Positions 1 through 8,460 of a stretch of 64,000 nucleotides of DNA are shown here, piece after piece; the first letter of the stretch is position 1, and each line of letters opens with the position of its first letter. A model generated the notes under the pieces. That model was not told the DNA's origin. It searched no databases and saw only the letters and a program-made list of their open reading frames with translations. The DNA is taken from positions 212,265 to 276,264 of the forward strand of contig JAKAVQ010000001.1 in NCBI GenBank assembly GCA_021817245.1, read 5' to 3'. The DNA is from Thermoplasmata archaeon. GTDB lineage: Archaea > Thermoplasmatota > Thermoplasmata > Lutacidiplasmatales > UBA184. Both the position numbers and the translations under genes were made by a program.

Positions 1-321
1 GAGTCGGTCCATCCGGGAGTCGAGCCCTTGGCGGGCCGTCCCGAGAAGGTCGATGTCGTGGGAGAGCGTGGAGAGCCGCGCCGAGACGTTCCCGGCCCAC
101 AGATCGAATCGGCGGGTCGTGACCAGGTCAAAGTCCTCGACGATGTGCGGGAACCGGTCCTTGAAGTAGAGACCCAGGTGGCTGACGCCGGCCCGCTCGT
201 ACGCCCGACGCCGGCGGCTGTCCCGCAGTATCCAGGCGACGATCCAAGTGACCGCCGCGGCCAGCGCGACGATCAGGATCGCCACCAGCACCCCGACGAC
301 GACCGTGATGGTGTCGACCAT
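1..321 (-). CDS. membrane-anchored hypothetical protein (N-terminal part; C-terminus lies beyond the window start)
   Basis: Reading the minus strand from ATG at 319-321 gives MVDTITVVVGVLVAILIVALAAAVTWIVAWILRDSRRRRAYERAG..., a clear TM helix followed by a positive-inside stretch. A GGAGGAAC SD-like motif lies just upstream. The + ORF 28..357 is its antisense shadow. Confidence 0.5.
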   Translation of the reverse strand, partial: MVDTITVVVGVLVAILIVALAAAVTWIVAWILRDSRRRRAYERAGVSHLGLYFKDRFPHIVEDFDLVTTRRFDLWAGNVSARLSTLSHDIDLLGTARQGLDSRMDRL

Positions 322-331
322 GGTTCCTCCC

Positions 332-607
332 TCACCTCGCCCCTAGGCCGTACTTGACCTCGAGACGCGAGAGCCGCTTCTGGATCGTCTCGAGTCGGCG
401 GACCGAGGCTCCCCGCCAGCCCTCCAGGTCCGCGATCCGGTCGTGGTGGCGACCGATCTGCTCGTCCAGGGGCCGGATACGCTCCTCGGTCGCGAGCTCG
501 TGCTCGCGGATCAGACGGGGCATCTGCTCGGTGAGATACTGGTCGAGCCGGTGGGTGGGACCGCGGTCCCGGACGTAGGCCCGGGTCCGTTCTCCGATGT
601 TCGGCAT
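332..607 (-). CDS. small coiled-coil hypothetical protein (91 aa)
   Basis: Internal Met of the 332..1123 ORF (MPNIGERTRAYVRDRGPTHRLDQYLTEQ...RLSRLEVKYGLGAR) has non-Arg-biased helical composition. It lies 3 nt downstream of the preceding gene's stop, and the upstream ORF extension is Arg-rich junk. Confidence 0.5.
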   Translation of the reverse strand: MPNIGERTRAYVRDRGPTHRLDQYLTEQMPRLIREHELATEERIRPLDEQIGRHHDRIADLEGWRGASVRRLETIQKRLSRLEVKYGLGAR

Positions 608-609
608 CT

Positions 610-1011
610 TCACTCCTCTCCTTCGGACGGGAGTTTCTTGGGACGCAGCTTCCGCTCGATGCCGCGGCCGAGGTCCCGCGCGCCTTCGCGCACGATGACC
701 GCCGCAGGGAGGTACGGGCGGATCTCCACCTGCTCCCCGATGGCGACGCCGAGACGCCGCATGTCGGGCTCGCGCAGCAGGATCTCGTCCCTCCCGATCC
801 GCTCGTCGGCGAACAGTCGGAGGGCGAGCGTCCTCTTCCCGAAGTTCACCTCCACGAGCGTGTTCGACGCGAGACCGAGCTCGGCCCGGACGGACTCGTG
901 GATGCGGACCGCCCCGCCGGGGCGGATGTCGCTCGAGCGGACGGTGAGCGGGCGGCCTCCGATCCCCATCTGTGGCGCATGTTCGGGCACCGCTTCCTTC
1001 GCTGTGGCCAT
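610..1011 (-). CDS. hypothetical protein with beta-barrel-like (AbrB/VAT-N-like) composition, 133 aa
   Basis: MATAKEAVPEHAPQMGIGGRPLTVRSSDIRPGGAVRIHESVRAELGL...GEQVEIRPY. An AGGAGGGAAACTC motif lies immediately upstream of the ATG at 1009-1011 (strong SD). An AT-rich TATA-like sequence (CATAAATGG / GTATTTCAC) sits ~130 nt upstream. Confidence 0.55.
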   Translation of the reverse strand: MATAKEAVPEHAPQMGIGGRPLTVRSSDIRPGGAVRIHESVRAELGLASNTLVEVNFGKRTLALRLFADERIGRDEILLREPDMRRLGVAIGEQVEIRPYLPAAVIVREGARDLGRGIERKLRPKKLPSEGEE

Positions 1012-1410
1012 GAGTTTCCCTCCTGTTTTCCCGGTCCGAAGACCGCGACGCGGGCCGGGGGCCATCGCCCCGCTCGGCCTTCGGCCTCGTCGGGTCTCCC
1101 GATCGCTGGTTGTGGGTGCCCATCGGGAGCGCGCGACATAAATGGTCCGTTCACTGTATTTCACGGTGCGATTCCCCCGCAATTCCGGCGCGGAAACGGT
1201 CGTCCTATCGTGAGTGAGGATGGCTCCCGGTGCGGCGCTCCCGCCCCCCCGCGGTCGAGCCGTTCGGCTGAAGTGGCGCCGTCCGCCGGGGTCGTCGGGC
1301 TCCGGGGGCCAGGGCGCGGAAGATCCTCCCCGCGGGGGCCGAAGGGCGGAGGATGGGCCCGGCACGGTCCCGGCGCGGAGGGCCGAGGTGCGGGTCGCCC
1401 CGACCCCCCT

Positions 1411-4400
1411 TCATCGCGGAACTTCTCTCGGCTCCCCATCGCCGGCGGCCGATTCGCCCTGCGGCACCGAGCGCTCAACAGACCCCTGCGTCCCGGTGGA
1501 GGCGCCAGGACCCGGCGGCGGGGCCTCGAAGCCCCGAACCCGACGCTGCCACGCCCAGACCGCCGCAGCCCCGAGCACGATCAGACCCACGACGATGATC
1601 GTCCACGCCGCCCACGAACCCGGATTCTCGAGGTCGAGGACCGAGGTGGGGGAGGCGTCGACGGTGAAGCTCACCTCGCTCGAGTCGCGCGCCCCGACCG
1701 CGTCCGTGAGGTAGACGGTCACGTCGTGGCTCCCCCAGGTCGAGGTCGGGCAGTCGACGCTCGGGCGATCGTTCGCGACACACCCCTCGGGCAACCCGCT
1801 GTAGGCGTACGAGTACGGTTCTACCCCACCGGACACCTCGGTGGTCAGGGAGACGATAGCGCCGGCGCGAACGTGGCCCGCGCTCGCCGCGAACCGGTCG
1901 ATGTTCGGGAGCGGTTCCACGACGACCGTGACGCTGGTCTCCGACGACGCGCCGATCGTATCGTTGGCCCAGAGGGCGATCGTGTAGGTCCCCGGCTCGC
2001 GGAACGCGTGGTAGGCCGTCGCTCCCTCGCCGGATTGCCCGTCGCCGTAGCTCCACTGCCAGGCAAGATCGCCGGTGCCGCCGACGGCGGCCCCGGAGAA
2101 CTGCACGGGGAAACCGATGTCGGTGTGGTACGGTGCGGCAGAGCTCGCGGAGATCGAGGGGAGTGGGTTGACCACCACGACGGCGGTCGCGGCGGCCGCC
2201 TGTTCGAACGCATCGTCGACCTCGAGGTGGACCTCGTAGGTCCCGGAGAGACCGTAGGTATGGGTCGCCTCGGCCGTCTCTCCGACGGCGCCGTCTCCGA
2301 ACGACCAGTGGGCCCGGTGCGGCCCCACGCCGTCGAAGATATGGGCCGTGAAGTTCACCGGGAACCCGACGTCCGTCTCGAGGTGGGATGCCTGCACCTG
2401 GACCGACACGCGGCCCTTCACTTCGATGCCCGCCGCGGAGGAGGAGGCGGTGCCTCCGAAGCTGTGCGCCCCGAAGGTCACCGAGTAGTTGCCCGAGGCA
2501 CCGAACGTGTGGTTCGTGCTGGCACCGGTCGATCTCGTTCCGTCCCCGAAGTCCCAGTGGGTGCGCACGGGAGGCGCCCCTCCCGAGACCTCGGCGGAGT
2601 ACGCCCCCGAGACGCCGACCTCCGCATACGATCCTGCGGGGTGCCAGCTCGCCACGAGCGACGGGTAGACCCACGTGGAGAGGGTCCGGCGGCTGACGTT
2701 CCCGTTCGCATCGGTGACGGTCAGGCTGACCGGTCGTTCGACCGCGGTCGAGGCCGCGGTCGCGTAGGCGTGGAGCGGCGCAGCCTCCGTGCTCGTGTTC
2801 CCATCTCCGAAGTCCCACCCGTACGTGTAGGGGGTCGTCCCGCCGTAGATGGCGACCTGGTACTGCACCTCCACTCCCGCGTCGACGACCGGGTGGGTCA
2901 GCATCGGCTGAGCGAGCAGGACGATCCACGCCCACGTGTCGGAACGGACGGACGACCCGTCGAACCCTCCGAACGCGATCAGGTAACCGTCCGAGGGGCT
3001 ATAGATCGAAGCGCCGCCCGATCGGGGGGCCGGCGAAGTGGCCTCTGTCTCCCCCTCGGTAACCTCCCCGCGACCTTCGGGGGGTCCGCCGCCTCCCTCC
3101 GAGGCCGCGGGCGGGATGAGCTCCCAGGTGCCGCCGACGAACTTCCACATGTCGTTGATGGAGGCGTTCGTCAGGTTCGTGCCTCCGACCAGGACCGCAC
3201 TCGGCGACGGGACCGTCGGATTCCATGCCAGGCTCGCGTTCGAACGCGCGGACGGGCCCGAGTCGGAGAACGCGGTCCACTGCGAGGGGCCGGAGCCGTT
3301 CGGCGCGGTGACCTCCCAGGTGTCGCCGAGGTAGCCGCTCTCGCCGAGCCCGCCGAAGATCAGGACCGCGCCGGTCGCGGGGTCGAAGGTCGACGAAGCG
3401 AACGCCCGCGCGGACGGGGAGTACTCGTGTCCGGAAGACCCGGCGCGCTCGACCGGGGCCCAGCCCGGGACCGAAGCGTTGAACTGCCAGGTGTCCGAGA
3501 GATAGCCGGACGCTCCGAGTCCTCCGTAGAGGAAGAGCGAGCCCGTGGCCCCGTCGGGCGAGAGGACCATCCCGCTCCGCGGGCTGGGGGCGTCGGTCAC
3601 GGCGAGCGGAGTCCAGGTCCCGTTCGCGTACGCCCAGGTGTCTCCCAGGTAGGCGCCGTCGTACCCTCCGAAGAGAACGACAAACCCCTGCGTGCGGTCG
3701 GTTCCGTTCTGCACGTACGCGAGGCCCGCGTTCGCCCGAGGCGGCGGCGCGACCCCGCGGACGGGCGCCGGTGACCATACGCCCCGGGCATAGGTCCACG
3801 TGTCACTGAGGTATCCCGTCTCGGAGGAGCCGCCGAAAAGGAGCACCTCGCCGGTCGCGCCGTCCAGCGCGACGCTGGCCCCCGCCCGTGCGGCGATTTG
3901 GGCGTCGGCCGACCGTTGTGTCCAGCCGGAGTCCCCGAACAGCCAGACGTCGGCGTAGGCCCCCGAACCGCCGGTGCCGCCGAAAAGGACGACCTGCTCC
4001 AGGTTCGGGTCGTAGGCCATCATCGCTCCGGCGCGGGCCGAAGGTCCGGGGGGAAGCAGGTGCCAGCTCGCACCGCGGAACGCCCACGCGTCGCCGAGCG
4101 GTCCCGATGCGCCCTGGCCCCCGACCAGGACGATCTGGCGGTTCGCATCGTCCCACGTGACGGCCGCCGAACTACGGGCGGCCGGCGCGACCGCGCCGAC
4201 GGTCGAGGTGGCGTCCGTCCAGGCGCCCTCCCGGAACGTCCAGGTGTCGTTGAGGGGACGCCCGTTGAAGGCACCCCCGAAGAGGACGAGTTCGCCGAGC
4301 GCGGGGTCGTAGACCAGCGACGCATTGGCCCGGGGGCCGGGCGAGATTGCCAGCGGCGCTTGGGTCCAAGAGCCGCCCGCGTAGTACCAGGTGTCGCCGA

Positions 4401-5244
4401 AGTACGTCGAGCTGACCGCGCCGCCCTGATGGGTCGTCGAGTAGCCCCCGTAGAGCACGACGACATGGTCGGCCGGGTCGTAGGCCAGTGCCGCCCCCGC
4501 GCGGGGGGCCGGAGAGACCGGCAGGTCTCGCAGCCAGCTCCAGGCCCCGGACTGGTACGTCCAGGTCTCGGAGAGGTAGTGCGCGCCGCGGTACCCGCCG
4601 AACAGGAGGACATAGTCATCGAGGCCATCGTAGGCCATGCTGATGCCGGCATGGACGCTCAGGCTGGAGGCGATGAACAGCCGGGTCCAGTTCCCGTTCT
4701 GGTACTCCCAGGTGTCGCCGAGGGCCTCCCCCGATGCGATCCCGCCGAAGAGGATCTCGCTCTGAGTCACTGGATCGTAAACGAAACCGCCCGCACTGCG
4801 GGCATGCGCCACCGATAGCCACGTACCATTGCCGACGGCTTCGGTCCCGTTCTCCCCGCCGGTGTCGCCTTCTCCGGGGTTCGTGATCGTGAGGCCGGTG
4901 CCGCCTTCGGAACTGCTCGCGCCCGGCCCGCCGAGCACGCTCGGAGACGGGGAGGAACGCGGTGCGCAGACCACCTGCGTCTCGGTGATCGGGACGCAGT
5001 CAAGGGTTGCGTCGGACGGCGAGCGCTCGCCGTTGCCGAGAGTTCCCAGCGCGGGGTCCAGCTCCGACGGCGAGGTCGGGTCTCCCGCGCTGACCGCGGC
5101 CATCGGTGGCGGACTCGACAAACCTCCCGTGAGCGACCCTCCGACGGGGACCGCCATCAAGACGGCCACAAGGAGGGGAAGGAAGGGAACGGCCGGCGAA
5201 CGGCGAGCCCAGAGATGAGACGGCGATTCCGCTGCGCGCATCAA
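1411..5244 (-). CDS. cell-surface protein: signal peptide, Kelch-type beta-propeller repeats, four PKD domains, C-terminal TM anchor
   Basis: N-terminal hydrophobic leader; repeated ...LFGG...DTW... Kelch-like blades; PKD signatures (WDFGDGNTST, WDFGDGTRSTG, HWSFGDGAVGE, WQWSYGDGQSGE); C-terminal WAAWTIIVVGLIVLGAAAVWAWQRRVRG TM helix followed by basic residues. The + ORF 898..3774 is an Arg-rich shadow. Confidence 0.85.
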   Translation of the reverse strand: MMRAAESPSHLWARRSPAVPFLPLLVAVLMAVPVGGSLTGGLSSPPPMAAVSAGDPTSPSELDPALGTLGNGERSPSDATLDCVPITETQVVCAPRSSPSPSVLGGPGASSSEGGTGLTITNPGEGDTGGENGTEAVGNGTWLSVAHARSAGGFVYDPVTQSEILFGGIASGEALGDTWEYQNGNWTRLFIASSLSVHAGISMAYDGLDDYVLLFGGYRGAHYLSETWTYQSGAWSWLRDLPVSPAPRAGAALAYDPADHVVVLYGGYSTTHQGGAVSSTYFGDTWYYAGGSWTQAPLAISPGPRANASLVYDPALGELVLFGGAFNGRPLNDTWTFREGAWTDATSTVGAVAPAARSSAAVTWDDANRQIVLVGGQGASGPLGDAWAFRGASWHLLPPGPSARAGAMMAYDPNLEQVVLFGGTGGSGAYADVWLFGDSGWTQRSADAQIAARAGASVALDGATGEVLLFGGSSETGYLSDTWTYARGVWSPAPVRGVAPPPRANAGLAYVQNGTDRTQGFVVLFGGYDGAYLGDTWAYANGTWTPLAVTDAPSPRSGMVLSPDGATGSLFLYGGLGASGYLSDTWQFNASVPGWAPVERAGSSGHEYSPSARAFASSTFDPATGAVLIFGGLGESGYLGDTWEVTAPNGSGPSQWTAFSDSGPSARSNASLAWNPTVPSPSAVLVGGTNLTNASINDMWKFVGGTWELIPPAASEGGGGPPEGRGEVTEGETEATSPAPRSGGASIYSPSDGYLIAFGGFDGSSVRSDTWAWIVLLAQPMLTHPVVDAGVEVQYQVAIYGGTTPYTYGWDFGDGNTSTEAAPLHAYATAASTAVERPVSLTVTDANGNVSRRTLSTWVYPSLVASWHPAGSYAEVGVSGAYSAEVSGGAPPVRTHWDFGDGTRSTGASTNHTFGASGNYSVTFGAHSFGGTASSSAAGIEVKGRVSVQVQASHLETDVGFPVNFTAHIFDGVGPHRAHWSFGDGAVGETAEATHTYGLSGTYEVHLEVDDAFEQAAAATAVVVVNPLPSISASSAAPYHTDIGFPVQFSGAAVGGTGDLAWQWSYGDGQSGEGATAYHAFREPGTYTIALWANDTIGASSETSVTVVVEPLPNIDRFAASAGHVRAGAIVSLTTEVSGGVEPYSYAYSGLPEGCVANDRPSVDCPTSTWGSHDVTVYLTDAVGARDSSEVSFTVDASPTSVLDLENPGSWAAWTIIVVGLIVLGAAAVWAWQRRVRGFEAPPPGPGASTGTQGSVERSVPQGESAAGDGEPREVPR

Positions 5245-5345
5245 AGGAGAATCACCGAGGCCCGCCGATTTACAGCCTCGGTCAACCCCGGTTGATTCGA
5301 GGTCTCGGCCGGCGGGGATCGAGGGGACGGCCCGCCTTCGCGGGG

Positions 5346-5355
5346 CCCCCCCCCC
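5346..5355. repeat. poly-C homopolymer (~10 nt) in a divergent intergenic region
   Basis: CGGGGCCCCCCCCCCGCCTCCCCTCC between the Kelch/PKD gene (minus) and the 5477 gene (plus). Confidence 0.5.
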
Positions 5356-5476
5356 GCCTCCCCTCCAGGAAGAAAGCCGGTCGCGCGGCGGCCGAAAGGA
5401 GTTCGGTCGCGCAACACGTCATCTTACGTTGACATGAACCCTTTACGGGGTCCCGCGCTCCACGACGCGATGGCCT

Positions 5477-6811
5477 ATGTTCGCGGGATTGGATTCACCG
5501 GTTCGTAGCGTCGTGACGGTTGCGCTGCTGCTGACCGCATCGTTCCTTGGCGCATGGGCGGGAGCGGTGCCGGTCGCCGCGGGGGCCTCGGTGCCGGTCG
5601 TTCTCGCCGACTCCTGGGCGTTCGGCGCGGAGAAGTGGTTCAATCTCTCCGTGAGCACGCCTCAGGGGATCCATGTCATCCAGGCGTTCATGGGCTGGTA
5701 CTCGATCTTCGAGCGCACCAATGTCTCCTCCACGGTCACTCAGCTGAGCGTGGAGAACACCGTCGTCTCCAACTTCTCGGCGCAGTACTGCTCGCCGGAT
5801 TGCTCCTCGCCCCAGGTCAACGTGATCCTCCAGCACGCCACGTACGAGCACGTGCTCGGCTACCTCAATCTGACCCGCGCCGGCACGGTCTACGAGGGCG
5901 GCACGGCGGTGCCGGCGATCGCCCTGCTCGACTCCTCCGCGAGCGCGAACGGATGGGCCCGTTCGTCCGCGGACATCACGGTCGTCACTCCGCAGGGAAC
6001 GAAGCACGCGACCGAATCGTTCAGTGCCCAGGGCCAAGCGGCCGCGAGCCTCGCGTTCTCTCCGGCGCTCGGGCTGATCCCCTTGACGCTGAATCTCGGC
6101 GACACCTGGAACGCCACGAGCGCCTACACGGGCAGCGGCGCCTGGTCGGTAGGGTGGACCTACGAGAAGACCAACGCGAGCGGCGCGACCGTCGTGATCT
6201 CGGGAACTCCCTCGGGCAGCCTCAACGCGACCGGTGAGGTCTCGGTCGAAGGCACGGTCGTCGGCTCGATGCCGCTCCCGGGCGGGGTAGTCGTGCCGAC
6301 GGTCCTCCTGTCGTTCTCGAGCGACCTCGAGGTGCTCGACGGGATGATCATCCTTCCGCGGGGCGCCGGCTTCTTCGACGGCGCAGTCCAGCCGTGGGAC
6401 CAGTACCGGCTCGGCTTCGCCTCGCTCCAGATGCACCAGCTCGGCGTCCAGTACAACCCGGTCTCGGGCTCCTTCCGCCTTGTCGCGGCGACCGGCCTCT
6501 ACGGAACGAGCGACACCTCGGTGTCGATGGGCGACCAGATGCGTGCCTCGGTCGGTGTCGGAATGACGCCCTCGGTCGTCAACTCGACCCCCGGGGTCAC
6601 CGCCACCGAGGTCGCCGCAACCCCGGTGAGCGTCGCCGACGCCGAGACCGCGACGGCGTGCTTCAGCACCGGAGCCTCCTGCGGCGCGACCGCGCCGGCG
6701 TCGAGCGGTTCGGGGGACTTCACCTGGGTCTACCTCGCCATCGGGATCGCGGCGGTCCTCATCGTGGTCGCTGCCTCGGGATACCTGGTCCTGAGCCGGC
6801 GCCGGCCATAG
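5477..6811 (+). CDS. secreted/surface glycoprotein-like hypothetical with C-terminal TM anchor
   Basis: Signal peptide MFAGLDSPVRSVVTVALLLTASFLGAWAGA. At least 10 N-x-S/T sequons. Ser/Thr/Gly-rich. C-terminal WVYLAIGIAAVLIVVAASGYLVLSRRRP anchor. Confidence 0.75.
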   Translation: MFAGLDSPVRSVVTVALLLTASFLGAWAGAVPVAAGASVPVVLADSWAFGAEKWFNLSVSTPQGIHVIQAFMGWYSIFERTNVSSTVTQLSVENTVVSNFSAQYCSPDCSSPQVNVILQHATYEHVLGYLNLTRAGTVYEGGTAVPAIALLDSSASANGWARSSADITVVTPQGTKHATESFSAQGQAAASLAFSPALGLIPLTLNLGDTWNATSAYTGSGAWSVGWTYEKTNASGATVVISGTPSGSLNATGEVSVEGTVVGSMPLPGGVVVPTVLLSFSSDLEVLDGMIILPRGAGFFDGAVQPWDQYRLGFASLQMHQLGVQYNPVSGSFRLVAATGLYGTSDTSVSMGDQMRASVGVGMTPSVVNSTPGVTATEVAATPVSVADAETATACFSTGASCGATAPASSGSGDFTWVYLAIGIAAVLIVVAASGYLVLSRRRP

Positions 6812-6908
6812 CCCGGGGAGCGCCCCGAGATCGGCCGCGGGAATTCGCCGGGCAGCCCCGGACGAGACGGCTCCCCGGCGTACCGCGTTGGCCGCGGGTC
6901 CGTCCGCC

Positions 6909-7730
6909 TCACTTCCCGGGGGGAGGGTACGCACACGCGCTCGCGGGGGCCGGACAGGCGCTCGCGGCGACGGGGCGGGCGATTGCGCTCAGGAAGACCC
7001 CGTAGGGACTCGACGGGGGAAACTGGTTCCCGCTTCCGAGGTACAGCCCCGCAAGGGAGAAGTACGCACGGAACGCGGCCGCGCCCTGGCAGTTCGTCCC
7101 GCACCCGTCGCAGACCTCGGGGTTGCTCCCATCGGCCCGCGGATCGACCGTCATCTCGGCGATCTCGTGGCTGACCGCCTCCGCGTAGAGATCGGTCGGG
7201 TCCCCGAGGGCAAAGCCGGACCCGAGCAGGTTCACGAAGCTGTACGGGACGGTCGCGAGGCCGTGGTAGCCGAGCACGCCGACGCCCCCGGATTCCTTCG
7301 CGTCGCGATTCACCAGGCCGGGAGGATTGAGCACGAGGATCGCCGCGCCCGGTCCGAGGCGTTCCGCGATCACGAGCGCGTTGACCCACTGCTGGAGGTC
7401 GGCGTCGGAGTACTCCCCTCCGACCGTCGCCACCGTCCTCAAGGGAAGCGGGGGGCCCAGCGCGAGGGAGTTCGGACCGTACTGCGACGCGTAGGCCGAG
7501 ATTGGAGGAAGGACGTGCCCAAGGTACGCCCGTACGACCGCACTGTCGGCGGCAGCGACGGTGGCCGGTGCACCGGCGCCGGTGAACGCGAGGTTCGCGA
7601 GATAGACGGTCCCCGAGAGCAGCGGCCCGGACACGCTCGCGGTCGGAGGGGTCGGGGCGCGGCCCAATGCCCGATCGCGGGTCGTCTTCCATCGACGAGT
7701 CACGCACACTCGCGCGCCCACCTTGCCCAC
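6909..7730 (-). CDS. hypothetical protein (possible metal-binding; HEIAE motif plus Cys cluster)
   Basis: 273-aa ORF with non-Arg-biased composition. VSHEIAEMTVDPRADGSNPEVCDGCGTNC resembles a degenerate metzincin/archaemetzincin HExxH...C..C...C region. The N-terminal 30 aa are Arg-rich, so the true start may be internal or non-ATG. Confidence 0.45.
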   Translation of the reverse strand: MGKVGARVCVTRRWKTTRDRALGRAPTPPTASVSGPLLSGTVYLANLAFTGAGAPATVAAADSAVVRAYLGHVLPPISAYASQYGPNSLALGPPLPLRTVATVGGEYSDADLQQWVNALVIAERLGPGAAILVLNPPGLVNRDAKESGGVGVLGYHGLATVPYSFVNLLGSGFALGDPTDLYAEAVSHEIAEMTVDPRADGSNPEVCDGCGTNCQGAAAFRAYFSLAGLYLGSGNQFPPSSPYGVFLSAIARPVAASACPAPASACAYPPPGK

Positions 7731-7784
7731 CCTCGATCGGAATCCCCTGCCGTACCGGTGGCCGGTCGATAAGCTCTCGGTGCG

Positions 7785-8453
7785 ATGGCGCGAGCACGGG
7801 CCGTCGCGCCTCCGAGCTCCCCGCGCCGAGGTTCCGCCGGTTTCCGCCCGAGCGGAGGAGCGACCCGGCGCCGGGAACGTCGGAGCGGGGATTATCTCGG
7901 GCTAAGGGCTGGGGACCCCGCGAAGGGCATCGACGTGGGAGCGAGCTCCGGCGTCCATCCGCGGGTTCCGTCCGGCCACGACGGCTGCGCCCAAGTCCCG
8001 GGGGATCCGCTGGTCCGATTCGAGCTCTCCCGCCTCGATCTCTCCCGGTCGGAGCGGCTCATCTACCGTCTTTTCGAGGAGAGCCGGGCACGATGGCGCG
8101 CGCTCGAGACCGACCCGGGGAGCCAGATCCTCTTTCGGCAAGAGGGCACGGACCATTTCCGTAGCGTGGTCTGGGTTAACCCGAGCCGCCTGACCTCGGC
8201 GATCGATGTCCGCCGACGGTCTCCCGAAGCGATGATCTCCCACGGCCACCAGCTGCGCGGCGACGAGGTCAACTGCGCGATCCACCGGTACCGGGTCTCG
8301 GGAGAGGGAACGTCGGGACAGCTCCGGGAACGGGTCGAGCTGCGGTCGACGAGCCGCGTCGCGACCTTCTACCGAAAGCGGACCGAGCGCGACGCGATCC
8401 GCGCGGCGGAAGCGCGCCTCGACGAGCTCCTTCGGGAGTTCCGCGGGGCGTGA
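7785..8453 (+). CDS. hypothetical protein (true start probably ~7900-7940)
   Basis: The C-terminal ~170 aa (…RFELSRLDLSRSERLIYRLFEESRARWRALETDPGSQILFRQEGTDHF…RLDELLREFRGA) look protein-like. The first ~40 aa are Arg/Gly-rich and the overlapping minus ORF 7902..8807 looks spurious. Confidence 0.35.
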   Translation: MARARAVAPPSSPRRGSAGFRPSGGATRRRERRSGDYLGLRAGDPAKGIDVGASSGVHPRVPSGHDGCAQVPGDPLVRFELSRLDLSRSERLIYRLFEESRARWRALETDPGSQILFRQEGTDHFRSVVWVNPSRLTSAIDVRRRSPEAMISHGHQLRGDEVNCAIHRYRVSGEGTSGQLRERVELRSTSRVATFYRKRTERDAIRAAEARLDELLREFRGA

Positions 8454-8460
8454 GCCGGCC

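Noticed and set aside
898-3774. 958-aa + strand ORF, Arg/Gly/Asp-rich
   Set aside because: It is antisense to the Kelch/PKD gene. Its composition (R, G, D, P repeats) is typical of GC-driven stop-free frames, and it has no recognisable motifs.
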